This document shows, piece after piece, positions 19,570-29,180 of a DNA stretch of 64,000 nucleotides. Under the pieces are notes generated by a model, which did no database searches, was not told the DNA's origin, and was given only the letters and a program-made list of their open reading frames with translations. The stretch's first letter is position 1; every line of letters starts with the position of its first letter. The stretch lies in sequence record OP617741.1; one strand, written 5' to 3'. The translations under genes were made by a program, and so were the position numbers. The DNA comes from Klebsiella phage KP13-16.

Positions 19570-20439
19570 TTAGAACGGAATATCATCGTCAAAATCGATT
19601 GGCGGTTCTGGAAGGTCTGAAGGATTCTGCTTAGGTTCTTCCTTTTTAACTTCTTTCTTTGCTTTTGGTTTTACAGATTTAGCTTCTTCTTTAACTTCAC
19701 CCTTGATAAATTTAGTTACTTCTTCTGCAATAGCCAGAACACGTTTAGCCTCTGCAATCAGTTCATCCTTATCAATCTGACCACCTTGGAAGTTGCGGCA
19801 AGCATTAAGAACAGCATGGCCTACAGAAGCACCGATGTCATAATCAGAAACATCTACTCCTTTCTCTTTTGCAACTTCTGCTTTTAGGTCTACAGTAATC
19901 TGATGAACCAGTTTAGCCAGTTCTACTTCATCATCCACAACAGAACCACCACGTAAAAGCTCCAGAGCACCATTCAGGGCGTGTCCAGTCTCCATCCCTG
20001 TCATATCACGTTTCTTATAAGAACTCTGCCCTACGTTTGATTTAGGTGCCTCATTTTGACTACCAGCATTCTCATTACGCTTGGTTACTTTAATACGAGA
20101 AACAGAGGTCTGATAATAAGTTTTATCACCTACTTTATTGACGTCTTTCATCTGGATTTTAACTTCATCTCCAGCATTAAGAGTGTGCCAAGTTTCACTA
20201 CCTTTCTTACCTTCAGCATAACGAATCTGAGGCTCTTGCCCATCTTTAATTTTAAGAGAGAGGTTTACGAAAACATCATCTTCACCTTGAGCCGCCAGAA
20301 TAATAGAGGCGTTATGAGTAGTATCATATTTCTTCTGTGCTGCACTTGCATCTTTAAACAGAATACGTTTTACAAGGCCAGTAGCCAGGGTTACTTCGGA
20401 ATCATCTACAGGGTTAACTACAGTAGTAATAATAGACAT
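19570..20439 (-). CDS. SSB-like protein with host-SSB C-terminal tip
   Basis: 289 aa. It has a K-rich linker and ends with DFDDDIPF, the final 8 residues of E. coli SSB. The N-terminus has a beta-rich, OB-like composition. It sits next to the DNA polymerase. Confidence 0.5.
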   Translation of the reverse strand: MSIITTVVNPVDDSEVTLATGLVKRILFKDASAAQKKYDTTHNASIILAAQGEDDVFVNLSLKIKDGQEPQIRYAEGKKGSETWHTLNAGDEVKIQMKDVNKVGDKTYYQTSVSRIKVTKRNENAGSQNEAPKSNVGQSSYKKRDMTGMETGHALNGALELLRGGSVVDDEVELAKLVHQITVDLKAEVAKEKGVDVSDYDIGASVGHAVLNACRNFQGGQIDKDELIAEAKRVLAIAEEVTKFIKGEVKEEAKSVKPKAKKEVKKEEPKQNPSDLPEPPIDFDDDIPF

Positions 20440-20527
20440 AAATTTGAGTCTCCTCTTTTAGTTTTAGAAAATAGCCAGATTAACTGGCTGGGTTATATTA
20501 CAACATTTATATATGGTAAGTCAAGAA

Positions 20528-23500
20528 TTAATGGCAGCTAGCCCAAGAATTACCAATATCATATCCAGCAGTAAGTTCTACATTAAGGTTATAGAATTCT
20601 CCTGCTTTTTTAACAGCAATTGAAGCTAATTCTCCTGCACGACTATATGCAGTAAACCAACCTCCTTTCGGAGATTCATGAACATTCGCCCAAATCTTCC
20701 CTGTTTTGCTTTCCTCCTCATGTTTCCATGCATTTACTTTAGCAATACATTCTTTGTCGATTTTTTCTTGTTCTTTTTCATCTTCGACTTGTTTCCAACC
20801 AAGTGATTCTTTAGGGAACCATTTGAATTCTACCAAATCACGAGTTACTTCCAATTGTGCCTCATCATGATAGGCAATCATTTGCTGAACAAAGGATTTA
20901 TTTTTCCAGTCATCAACGAAGAAGTCAACAGCTAAACCTTCCTCTTCAATTAAGTCATCATAAATTACCATCGCTCGTTTCGCACAAATCACACCACCAC
21001 TTTGAAAAAGAGAGTTTAATATTGCATGAGCGGATCGCGTAGGTACTTTACGACCATCAATACCTAAGATATATTTCTTACCAGTTTTAACCCAGAAATC
21101 ATGAAGTTTTTCTTTAAGTAACGCTAAAGGTTTAGCAGCTACCCAGAAAGCATTATATACTAATTCCCCTGTGTGAAGATCACTACCAATAGTCTTTGCT
21201 ACCTTAGCAGCTTGACTACCATAAGTAATTCCATACTTAACGCTTTTAGCTGGAGACCGTTCAAATTTACGACCAATAACTTCAGTAATACGTTTAGCCA
21301 TCATAGTATGAACATCGTTAGGTTTTTCCAACAACAATGCATTACAATACTCATGAGGTTCTTGCTCATATCTCCAACAATTACCTGTGATGGTAATACA
21401 ATCACCTTGACGCATTACCCAAGTACCTAACTCGGTTTGAGGGCACCATACATCCTCCACACCCCATTCACTGACGGTAAGACTTTGAACAGGAATGTGT
21501 GAGCGGTTCGCTAATGTCGCAACCTTGACCTTTTGTTCCTTTGTATTAAATGCAACTGAAATATTTCCAGGGTGTACTAAGTAAGAAGCAGTCAGTGCAG
21601 CTTCAAATAGCTCACCAGGGTTTTGCGCCCATCTCCAAACAGGTTTCTGTTTATGCTCATGCCAGTAACCATCTGCAATCAAAAAACCTTCCAAGAAAGC
21701 AATACGTTCTGCATGAGACATGTTTACGATACGTTCCACCCAAGGCTTATTATATTTACCTTGCATCACTCCTGAAAGACTGTTATCACAGTCTTGCTCT
21801 ACATTAAACGGAGCGTTACAGATAATATTATCACCTGTGCTTAGTTCTAACGTAGTTTTTACTTTAGGTACGTATGTATTACCGTGACTACGACTATTTA
21901 CATACCAGCGATGATCAGCAGTGGCACGATAAGTATGAGATTTACCTTTAATCTCAAAGGTCTTACTGTTGGGATAGAAAACTTTACCTTTAACTTTTGT
22001 CCACTCTTTCAAGCCAGTTTCTGCATTGTAACCTAAAATCTCATCTCCCTCTTTAAGATCGTGGTATCCTATCCATCCTTTACGAGTTAATGCTTGAGCA
22101 TCCATAGGTACGCAATAATGGCTCTCTATTTTTGCTTCTAATGAATCAAAGTCATAACCTATCTGAAAATATCTTGGCACTTCTACACCAAACATGTTTC
22201 TCATTTCAAAACCATATAGAGATGTTACACGAGGTATATTAGCTACCAATCTATGCTTCATACGTGAAGTAGCAGCATCACATGTCGCAGCAGGAGTTGG
22301 TATTCTCCCATCAGCACGAACAGCAGCCAAGAATCCTTTATTGTACTCTGGGTCTTCTTCTTCCTCTTCCCATTCTGCTCCACCTCCAAGAATAGAATTC
22401 CTACGGTGTTTGTAAGTCAAATACTCTACGATTTGTGTAGCATAAGGAAATTTTTCACCTAACTTTTGCAGATTAGGACAGATCTCTTTTTCTTGCCCTT
22501 TAGTAAACGATGGATTAGTAAGTACTTTGACCCCACGACCGTTTGACTTTTTAATCCTATCTCTTAGTTTCCATTCTAAAGTTTCTGGAGTACATTCTAA
22601 ATGTTCACAACGATCAGCACAAAAATTCGACTCTAAGGTTTGTTTAACATAGTCTACAATACCTTTCTCTAGTTCCTGCTCATTTTTCTTGATTTTAGTC
22701 CCTGATTTAAGTGTTAAATCTTTATCTTTATATTCAGAAGGACTCCAGCCTAATCCAACGAGCCAATTTTTAATATGTGTTGTATCATTCAATGTAGCTG
22801 GGACATTTGGATCACATATAGGCTCTCCTTCTGCAAGTGGTAATGTTAACTCCTTACCGAATATTTGTAAAACTATTTCATCATTTTTATTTACTAATGT
22901 ACCACCATGTTTTTCAACAAAAGATATCAAACGGCTAGATGGTTCTCCATTTTGTTTAAATTGTAATTTTGGTGGAATGAATGCTTTTAGATATCCTTTT
23001 GTTGCTGGTTTAAGTGGAAGAATAGGTTCAATCAAAATACGAGCAGCTTCCATTTTCTTATCTAAATCTTTAATATTTTCTTCTGCTTGTTTTAGATTGA
23101 ATTGAAATCCACGGTGCTCTTGTCTGGTGATGATGTCTGCAATACGTAATTCCAGTTTAAAAGGCTCTTCCCATTTTTTATAATCACCCCATTCTTCCAT
23201 AAGATAATTATAAACAGCGGTATTAGCCTTATTATCATAGATACAGTAATACAACATATCCGCAGCAAATGTTTTAAATCGATCTTCTACAGGAATGTTT
23301 TTTCTAAAATCTATTTTAACATCTCCGCCAGCTTTTTTAGATAAATCTTCCAAGCTGTGACCACCAAAACGATCTGGATTAAGTGTTTTACTTAATACCA
23401 AGGAATCACAAATTTCAACTTTAGATTTGCCCCAAGTATTATACTTCACACTATAATTAAGACCAAAAAATAATTTAGTAGCCAACCAGTCAAAATTTAT

Positions 23501-23854
23501 GCCGTTATGAGCCACAGCTTTAGAGATTCTATACTGAGGAGTATTTTTAAAACGGCCTTCAGCATTAACAAAATCAGGAAAATCATTTAAAGGGAAGTGT
23601 GTGTAATCTTGAGCAATATACTCCTTGAGCGTATAAGTATATTTATCATCCTTTTCAATATAAGGTCTTCCATCAAAGATATATTTCGGACCATCATGAA
23701 ATGCTACAATCTCTCCCGTTTCATGATTTTCTAAAACTATACAATGAATCTTGAATGTATCTTTTAGTTTATAAGGACTAGCTAAATAATCTATAGTTTC
23801 ATTATTTAAAAGATTAGTAGACTCAATATCCCAAGTCCAACATTGCTCTTTCAT
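20528..23854 (-). CDS. family A DNA polymerase (3'-5' exo + pol) containing an intein
   Basis: The N-terminus has a WDIE exo motif. Motif A is present as GYDFDSLEAKIESHY. Motif B is RSPAKSVKYGITYG. Motif C is YHDE. A 245-aa Hint/LAGLIDADG insertion lies between motifs A and B. Confidence 0.85.
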   Translation of the reverse strand: MKEQCWTWDIESTNLLNNETIDYLASPYKLKDTFKIHCIVLENHETGEIVAFHDGPKYIFDGRPYIEKDDKYTYTLKEYIAQDYTHFPLNDFPDFVNAEGRFKNTPQYRISKAVAHNGINFDWLATKLFFGLNYSVKYNTWGKSKVEICDSLVLSKTLNPDRFGGHSLEDLSKKAGGDVKIDFRKNIPVEDRFKTFAADMLYYCIYDNKANTAVYNYLMEEWGDYKKWEEPFKLELRIADIITRQEHRGFQFNLKQAEENIKDLDKKMEAARILIEPILPLKPATKGYLKAFIPPKLQFKQNGEPSSRLISFVEKHGGTLVNKNDEIVLQIFGKELTLPLAEGEPICDPNVPATLNDTTHIKNWLVGLGWSPSEYKDKDLTLKSGTKIKKNEQELEKGIVDYVKQTLESNFCADRCEHLECTPETLEWKLRDRIKKSNGRGVKVLTNPSFTKGQEKEICPNLQKLGEKFPYATQIVEYLTYKHRRNSILGGGAEWEEEEEDPEYNKGFLAAVRADGRIPTPAATCDAATSRMKHRLVANIPRVTSLYGFEMRNMFGVEVPRYFQIGYDFDSLEAKIESHYCVPMDAQALTRKGWIGYHDLKEGDEILGYNAETGLKEWTKVKGKVFYPNSKTFEIKGKSHTYRATADHRWYVNSRSHGNTYVPKVKTTLELSTGDNIICNAPFNVEQDCDNSLSGVMQGKYNKPWVERIVNMSHAERIAFLEGFLIADGYWHEHKQKPVWRWAQNPGELFEAALTASYLVHPGNISVAFNTKEQKVKVATLANRSHIPVQSLTVSEWGVEDVWCPQTELGTWVMRQGDCITITGNCWRYEQEPHEYCNALLLEKPNDVHTMMAKRITEVIGRKFERSPAKSVKYGITYGSQAAKVAKTIGSDLHTGELVYNAFWVAAKPLALLKEKLHDFWVKTGKKYILGIDGRKVPTRSAHAILNSLFQSGGVICAKRAMVIYDDLIEEEGLAVDFFVDDWKNKSFVQQMIAYHDEAQLEVTRDLVEFKWFPKESLGWKQVEDEKEQEKIDKECIAKVNAWKHEEESKTGKIWANVHESPKGGWFTAYSRAGELASIAVKKAGEFYNLNVELTAGYDIGNSWASCH
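21380..22114 (-). mobile_element. intein with LAGLIDADG homing endonuclease in DNA polymerase
   Basis: The insertion starts with Cys (CVPMDAQALT). Block B is TADH. The LAGLIDADG motif is LEGFLIADGYW. It ends ...ITITGN and is followed by Cys (+1). Codons were checked at both junctions. Confidence 0.65.
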
Positions 23855-23864
23855 TCAACCTCCT

Positions 23865-25679
23865 TTAGTAACCTCCTGATTCTGAAAAATTATCAGGATT
23901 ATTAAAATAATCATTATAATCGTGACATTTACTTTTGTCAAACTCATAATACCATTTGCCAGCCGCCCCTGTCTTACCACCACGACATTTTGGTAAATCA
24001 ACTTCTGTAGTATTTCTTTCTACAGGATTCTCTGAAAGTTTATCTCTATTCAGAACAATATTGTATGCAGCAGACTGTACAAAACTACCTGTACCTAAAG
24101 CATCATATTCTGTAACTTTACGAATCTTGCCATCTGCACTTTGTCCAGGTTTACGTGTGTGTAAAACATTCACAGTGGTAACACCATTCTTAGCCATATT
24201 TCTTTGGAAGTTCATATGATCTTCGGAATGTTCTTCACTGGAACCACGGAGCAAATCTGAAAGCACATCAATAACAAAGAGTTTACTATCATGTTTCCTG
24301 TAAAGCATTTCTAATTCTGCTTCCAAATCTTTAATGCTACCAGCCCGTTCATCTAAGATAAAGAATCGCGGCTGTCCGTCTTCTTTATAAGCAAGTTCCC
24401 GATATACCTTTTGACCTTCTTCTGTCTTCATCCACGTGATAATTTCTTCTGGGGTCATTTTCCAGAGTAAGTTTACTTCTAAATGAATGGATAACATTTC
24501 CAGCATATACTGTGCAGCAGTTGCTTCAAGACTGACAATAGTTGGAGTAACAGGACTGTTGAAAATCCAATGATAGACCATACGGTTAACATGGGTAGAT
24601 TTACCACTAGATGTATCTGCAATGATGTTTGCAATCCTACCTTGAATCATACCCCCACCCATCATTACCTGCATCTCATGCATGTATTCTGGAAGGGTAA
24701 TACGTGGCTTTCTTAGCTCTTCTTCAATCTCATCCAAGCCGTCTGCTGCACTTTTTACACCATGGGGAGTATAAGGTTTAGCTGCCCAGAAATCATTGAT
24801 GAACTCTTGTTCTTTATGGACTAATTTACCTGTTTCTTTATTATAAATGTATTCATTAGGATCTTTATAGCGCATTTTCATCACAAAGACTTTACCTTTT
24901 GGTAAAACTTCATGAATTCGTTCAGTGGCTTCAGCACCTGCTTTATCTGCATCCATACAGATGACAATCTTCTTAAACTGATTAATGAAATCATAATTGT
25001 TTTGAAGCTGTTTGTAAACAGAAGATTCCCCAGTTGTGCCACTAACTACTGCAATTGGATCATAATTCTTATTTTTCTGAGCGTCAACTAACATTTGATA
25101 TGCCGCTAACTGGTCATGTTCCCCTCCAACTATTAACAAAGTATTGCTGAAGGTCTTAAAGCGGAATTGCCCAAATAAGTCACACTCTTTTCCAGTTTCA
25201 CCAATTGGTCCTGGTGACTTAAAGTTTTTAGGATGTGTTCTTTGTTTATAACCAGATATCTCATAAGAAGTAGTTGTAGGATAAAGTACAGCTTTTACTG
25301 TTTTACCATCTGTTTCATCATATTTGTATCTTACACCGAAGAATTTTGAGATTTCATCTCTAATCCCTCTATAACCATTGGATTTAAGGCCAGTGGTTTC
25401 TTTAAGTTTTTCATGAATTTCTGAGTTAAACTCACTACCCAATATATCCTCCTCTTCATAATCTTCATCATTTTCTTCCATCCAAACTTGGTCTGGTATG
25501 TGGTGATCATCATTCTTGAAGCAGTGAGCACCTTTGTGTTTACCATCCGAGTCCAGACCATATACCATTAAGTTATCACCATTTCTGTCGCCACCTTCTT
25601 TTCTACACCAAGGGCAAGCGGTGTGACCTTCTATGGACAAATCTACGGTATACCCAAATAACTTCTTAATAAAACTCAT
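23865..25679 (-). CDS. T7 gp4-like primase-helicase
   Basis: Zn-ribbon CPWC...HC...C, a TOPRIM segment, Walker A (ADTSSGKST), and a DnaB-like C-terminal half. Confidence 0.85.
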   Translation of the reverse strand: MSFIKKLFGYTVDLSIEGHTACPWCRKEGGDRNGDNLMVYGLDSDGKHKGAHCFKNDDHHIPDQVWMEENDEDYEEEDILGSEFNSEIHEKLKETTGLKSNGYRGIRDEISKFFGVRYKYDETDGKTVKAVLYPTTTSYEISGYKQRTHPKNFKSPGPIGETGKECDLFGQFRFKTFSNTLLIVGGEHDQLAAYQMLVDAQKNKNYDPIAVVSGTTGESSVYKQLQNNYDFINQFKKIVICMDADKAGAEATERIHEVLPKGKVFVMKMRYKDPNEYIYNKETGKLVHKEQEFINDFWAAKPYTPHGVKSAADGLDEIEEELRKPRITLPEYMHEMQVMMGGGMIQGRIANIIADTSSGKSTHVNRMVYHWIFNSPVTPTIVSLEATAAQYMLEMLSIHLEVNLLWKMTPEEIITWMKTEEGQKVYRELAYKEDGQPRFFILDERAGSIKDLEAELEMLYRKHDSKLFVIDVLSDLLRGSSEEHSEDHMNFQRNMAKNGVTTVNVLHTRKPGQSADGKIRKVTEYDALGTGSFVQSAAYNIVLNRDKLSENPVERNTTEVDLPKCRGGKTGAAGKWYYEFDKSKCHDYNDYFNNPDNFSESGGY

Positions 25680-25686
25680 GAGCCTC

Positions 25687-25938
25687 CTACTCTAAATATA
25701 ATGTTTGGGAGATAACAAGTTCACGAATATATTCACGACAAATTTGCTTAAGTTTATTCAGATTTATTTCATCAGGATAATTAGAGGCATAGTCTACAAT
25801 ATCAAAACATCCATAATAATCCCAGTCAGAATCATTTTGATTTAAATCTGGGAGTTGATAATCAATTTCAACATCTACATAAAATGTCTGTGAAGTAGAT
25901 GTATTGTACGGGACGCACAAAGAGATAATATTTTTCAT
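25687..25938 (-). CDS. small acidic protein
   Basis: 83 aa, very D/E/Y-rich (net charge strongly negative). Confidence 0.45.
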   Translation of the reverse strand: MKNIISLCVPYNTSTSQTFYVDVEIDYQLPDLNQNDSDWDYYGCFDIVDYASNYPDEINLNKLKQICREYIRELVISQTLYLE

Positions 25939-25974
25939 AACACCTTCCGTAAAATGCCCAAAGGATGGACAATG

Positions 25975-26979
25975 TTAATTAAATGATTCAATAATATGTT
26001 TTCTTAAGATATTAATATCTTTTAAATTATACTGTAATCTTACATGTTCAGATAAAGCTTTACCTACATCTTCATTGTATGCTTCATATTTTATAAGATT
26101 ATTTACATGTGTTTCCCATTCATGTTTTGTTTCTGCATATAAAACATATTTGGAATCAATAGAATTGTAGTAGGGTTCTACTTTAGAGCAGACGATAGGT
26201 AATCCTTTAGCTCCAGATTCTAACACTTTTAAGTTAGATTTGCAAGCATTAAAGTCAGAATTTAATAAAGGTGCAATGCTAACTTTATGACCATCGTATA
26301 AGTCCATATAATTAGACTCTTGTAATCCTTTTTCATATGTGGCTGTCGGATGATCATCTCTGATCTTTAACCACTCCTCATGTGTAAGTCCTGGTTTAGG
26401 TTCATAGCCACAAAGCGTCGGTGGCTTGATAAAAGAACAACCTTTAATTTCTTTTAAATCTGGATAATGAGATGCACCACCAACCCATACAATAGGACTT
26501 TTGAAGTCTTTATCTCTACTAATTGTAAACTGGCTTTCATCAAAAGGTAAAGCGTTAGGAACAACAAAAATATTTTTATTGTAGCCTTTTAACCGACTAG
26601 CTAACAGGGGAGTAGTTGTCAATACCACATCCGCCAATTTCAAGTTAGCTATGATATGAGCAGTCATTCCTGAACTTTTAAATATTTCATATAGATAATG
26701 ATCTTTACTTAGAAAAGGTAGATCATCTATATCCATAATGATTTTAATACCTTCTTTCTTCATTTTATATAGAGCATCTAAACCCAAAGAGGATATTCTA
26801 TTAAAGATATAAATAGGAACTTTAGGTTTGACCTGAAGGTACTTAAAAGGCACTGTTACCCTATGATAATCACAAGAACTTCCATGTTTAATATCCAGAG
26901 TAAGATATTTATCAAAACTCGTAGAAGAGTTTATCACTTCGGATTTCTTTGTTATAAGTTTCTTGATTTTGGTGAACAT
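25975..26979 (-). CDS. putative glycosyltransferase (GT-B-like?)
   Basis: 334 aa, adjacent to two GT-A-like genes. No motif verified. It overlaps the upstream gene by 68 nt. Confidence 0.3.
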   Translation of the reverse strand: MFTKIKKLITKKSEVINSSTSFDKYLTLDIKHGSSCDYHRVTVPFKYLQVKPKVPIYIFNRISSLGLDALYKMKKEGIKIIMDIDDLPFLSKDHYLYEIFKSSGMTAHIIANLKLADVVLTTTPLLASRLKGYNKNIFVVPNALPFDESQFTISRDKDFKSPIVWVGGASHYPDLKEIKGCSFIKPPTLCGYEPKPGLTHEEWLKIRDDHPTATYEKGLQESNYMDLYDGHKVSIAPLLNSDFNACKSNLKVLESGAKGLPIVCSKVEPYYNSIDSKYVLYAETKHEWETHVNNLIKYEAYNEDVGKALSEHVRLQYNLKDINILRKHIIESFN

Positions 26980-27547
26980 ATTTTAGTTTTTCCTCCATAG
27001 TCATATTTTGGATAGCTGTTACTCCAAAGATATCTTCACTATGGATGTAAGCCAAACCACGTAAAGGGAATGAGAAATAGTGTGGATCTCCTGTCATGCC
27101 AGCTTTCCTTGCCCTATAAGTCCTTGCAGCGTCTTCTAAGCCATACTTGACATAAGCATTATTGTAGCCGCCAATAGCCTCTATACAATATCTTGTTTGA
27201 TAAATGAAACAACCACAAGCACCATCCCAAAACATCATTTCCCCACAATTCTGACCTTCAAACCCTGTTTTAAATACCTCTGGGATAGCCATATAATCTA
27301 CTCCAGCTTCATTAGCTTGGTCAATAAAATACTTTTCCCAGCCGTCCATTACAGGGTAACAATCATCGTCAAAAAGGAAAATATAATCGCACCCTTCATC
27401 ATAAAGTTTACGTAAACATTGATTACGTGCATAAGCTGGACCTTTACGTTCTTTGTCTACAAAGGTATAGAATTGTGTACCTTCTGCAAGACGGTAATTT
27501 TTAAGGGGTCTAATACCCGCAGTAATTACACCAACACCTACTTTCAT
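26912..27547 (-). CDS. glycosyltransferase family 2-like (GT-A)
   Basis: ARNQCLRKLYDEGCDYIFLFDDDCYP matches the GT2 ARN...G.Y..FLD.DD signature. Confidence 0.6.
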   Translation of the reverse strand: MKVGVGVITAGIRPLKNYRLAEGTQFYTFVDKERKGPAYARNQCLRKLYDEGCDYIFLFDDDCYPVMDGWEKYFIDQANEAGVDYMAIPEVFKTGFEGQNCGEMMFWDGACGCFIYQTRYCIEAIGGYNNAYVKYGLEDAARTYRARKAGMTGDPHYFSFPLRGLAYIHSEDIFGVTAIQNMTMEEKLKYVHQNQETYNKEIRSDKLFYEF

Positions 27548-27557
27548 ATTACCTCTT

Positions 27558-28112
27558 TTAAAATTTGTGACAATTTAAAATATGATCTATTTCAATGAAT
27601 GGATTCTCTGCTTCATATCTATATAAATGAAATAAATAAATTCCTTCGCAGATACCTAGTTTACCACCAGAGTTTTTAATTTGTTCAGATAAGATCATGT
27701 CAAATTGAATGGAATGTTCTTGAAACTTGAATTTATCCCATAAAGATTTCCTGAATAGCATAAACATACCAGCAACAACTTCTTTTTTAGGAAGTGGTGT
27801 TATGTCTCCATAATACAAGGTTTCTCTTTCTTTTGCAACCTGAATATGCTTTAAAATTGAATCTTCCCAAAACATATCGTAAATAGCTTGACATTGAGAT
27901 TTTAAACGGTTTGTTCTGCATCCCAGTAAGTCATACTCAGGATTTTTATCTACTATGTCTTGGATTTGTTTTTGTTGTAAAGGTGTTAGGAAAAGCGTAT
28001 CACTATCTCTGAGGCAAATCCAGGCATTATCTGGAAGGATCTCAATACATTCATTGATACCCTTTCCAATGTTACCTTCGCAGTATGGTGTGATGTAAAA
28101 AACTTTACTCAT
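27558..28112 (-). CDS. putative glycosyltransferase (GT-A-like, DxD)
   Basis: CLRDSDTLF is a DxD-like motif near the N-terminus. 184 aa. Confidence 0.4.
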   Translation of the reverse strand: MSKVFYITPYCEGNIGKGINECIEILPDNAWICLRDSDTLFLTPLQQKQIQDIVDKNPEYDLLGCRTNRLKSQCQAIYDMFWEDSILKHIQVAKERETLYYGDITPLPKKEVVAGMFMLFRKSLWDKFKFQEHSIQFDMILSEQIKNSGGKLGICEGIYLFHLYRYEAENPFIEIDHILNCHKF

Positions 28113-28290
28113 TATTCTTCCGATTACTAATCTCTAATTCAATATTAATATATCGTTGATTAGCTTCTTCATACTCTGAGAAACAATCCCTTACGTTGTC
28201 TTTAGCAACGTCACGAAGTTTATACAGCTTGTCCAGGGATACTTTTGTGAGATCGGTATAATCTTTAGTTGTCATTTTTATAAACTCCAA
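28105..28290 (-). CDS. hypothetical protein
   Basis: 61 aa, charged helical composition. Confidence 0.4.
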   Translation of the reverse strand: MEFIKMTTKDYTDLTKVSLDKLYKLRDVAKDNVRDCFSEYEEANQRYINIELEISNRKNNE

Positions 28291-28756
28291 AAACTTTAGT
28301 AATTAATTCATCAGCCCATTTTGTGCTTGGCACTTCAGTACTTTCAGTAGCAGTATTCCAAACAAGATCTACTAACTCACGTAATTTATGTTGTTCAAAA
28401 TTTACCATAATATCTTCATCTAAAGAAAAAGGTAAAATATCTTTATGCAGCATCTTTTGAGAGGATAGATTATCTAAGGCTTTTATAACACGAAGTTCAT
28501 CAAACACTCCCGACCTATATGCAAGATAACCAACTACTTGATAAGATTCAGCACAAATATTTTTCAACTCATCAACTGTTTCTTCTAGTGTTTTATTATC
28601 TTCCCTAAGTTGCTGTAATTCAGTAACTAAACTCAACACATTCCCAGGGTAGACTAGGTTATAGAATTCTTGTTGATAATTAGGATCAGAATGGCACATG
28701 GCCTCTCCTGCATACCATTTAATATTTGATAATTCTGTATTTGACAAGTTATTCAT
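28265..28756 (-). CDS. hypothetical protein
   Basis: 163 aa. Confidence 0.45.
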   Translation of the reverse strand: MNNLSNTELSNIKWYAGEAMCHSDPNYQQEFYNLVYPGNVLSLVTELQQLREDNKTLEETVDELKNICAESYQVVGYLAYRSGVFDELRVIKALDNLSSQKMLHKDILPFSLDEDIMVNFEQHKLRELVDLVWNTATESTEVPSTKWADELITKVFGVYKNDN

Positions 28757-29169
28757 TTATAAATGATCTCAAGTTTTATATTAGATTCATTACACGCTTC
28801 AGAGAAAGCTTTTACACAAGAATCTACTGTGTCTTTATGAAACTGATAAAAAGCTTTTGCTACCCATGGAGCAAAGGTGTTTGGCTCTGATGTATATTTT
28901 AACACCACAGTAATAGCTCTGTTATCCGGCACTACCGGCTGCTGCGCGTGGTGATAAATCGGTGCAACCTTGGTCCCAGCAGAGACAGAGATTGCCTTCC
29001 TCATCCTAGCTGTATCGGTTGAACAGAAAAGTTTTCGTTCCTTGCAATCTGGCTCGCTGTCCATTGCGGCCAGCGCCATGCGGGCGAGATACGATGCCTC
29101 ACCACACTGCACGTGATCGGTTTCAATAATTTCGAGTAACTGCTCTCTGGTTATGGTTGATTTGGTCAT
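28753..29169 (-). CDS. hypothetical protein (GC-rich, likely horizontally acquired)
   Basis: 138 aa; local GC is clearly higher than the flanking sequence. Confidence 0.5.
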   Translation of the reverse strand: MTKSTITREQLLEIIETDHVQCGEASYLARMALAAMDSEPDCKERKLFCSTDTARMRKAISVSAGTKVAPIYHHAQQPVVPDNRAITVVLKYTSEPNTFAPWVAKAFYQFHKDTVDSCVKAFSEACNESNIKLEIIYK

Positions 29170-29180
29170 TTGCTAAATCC

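Noticed and set aside
20056-20541. 161-aa + strand ORF antisense to the SSB-like gene, along with many other 60-140 aa ORFs antisense to long coding regions (e.g. 4047-4421, 4425-4643, 9612-9800, 17718-17975, 21173-21430, 22689-23105, 29307-29958, 30764-31117, 41596-41889, 48207-48495, 56009-56377, 57369-57716)
   Set aside because: They lie opposite convincing motif-bearing genes in blocks with strictly uniform strand polarity. The low GC gives long antisense open frames by chance. No RBS or motif support.
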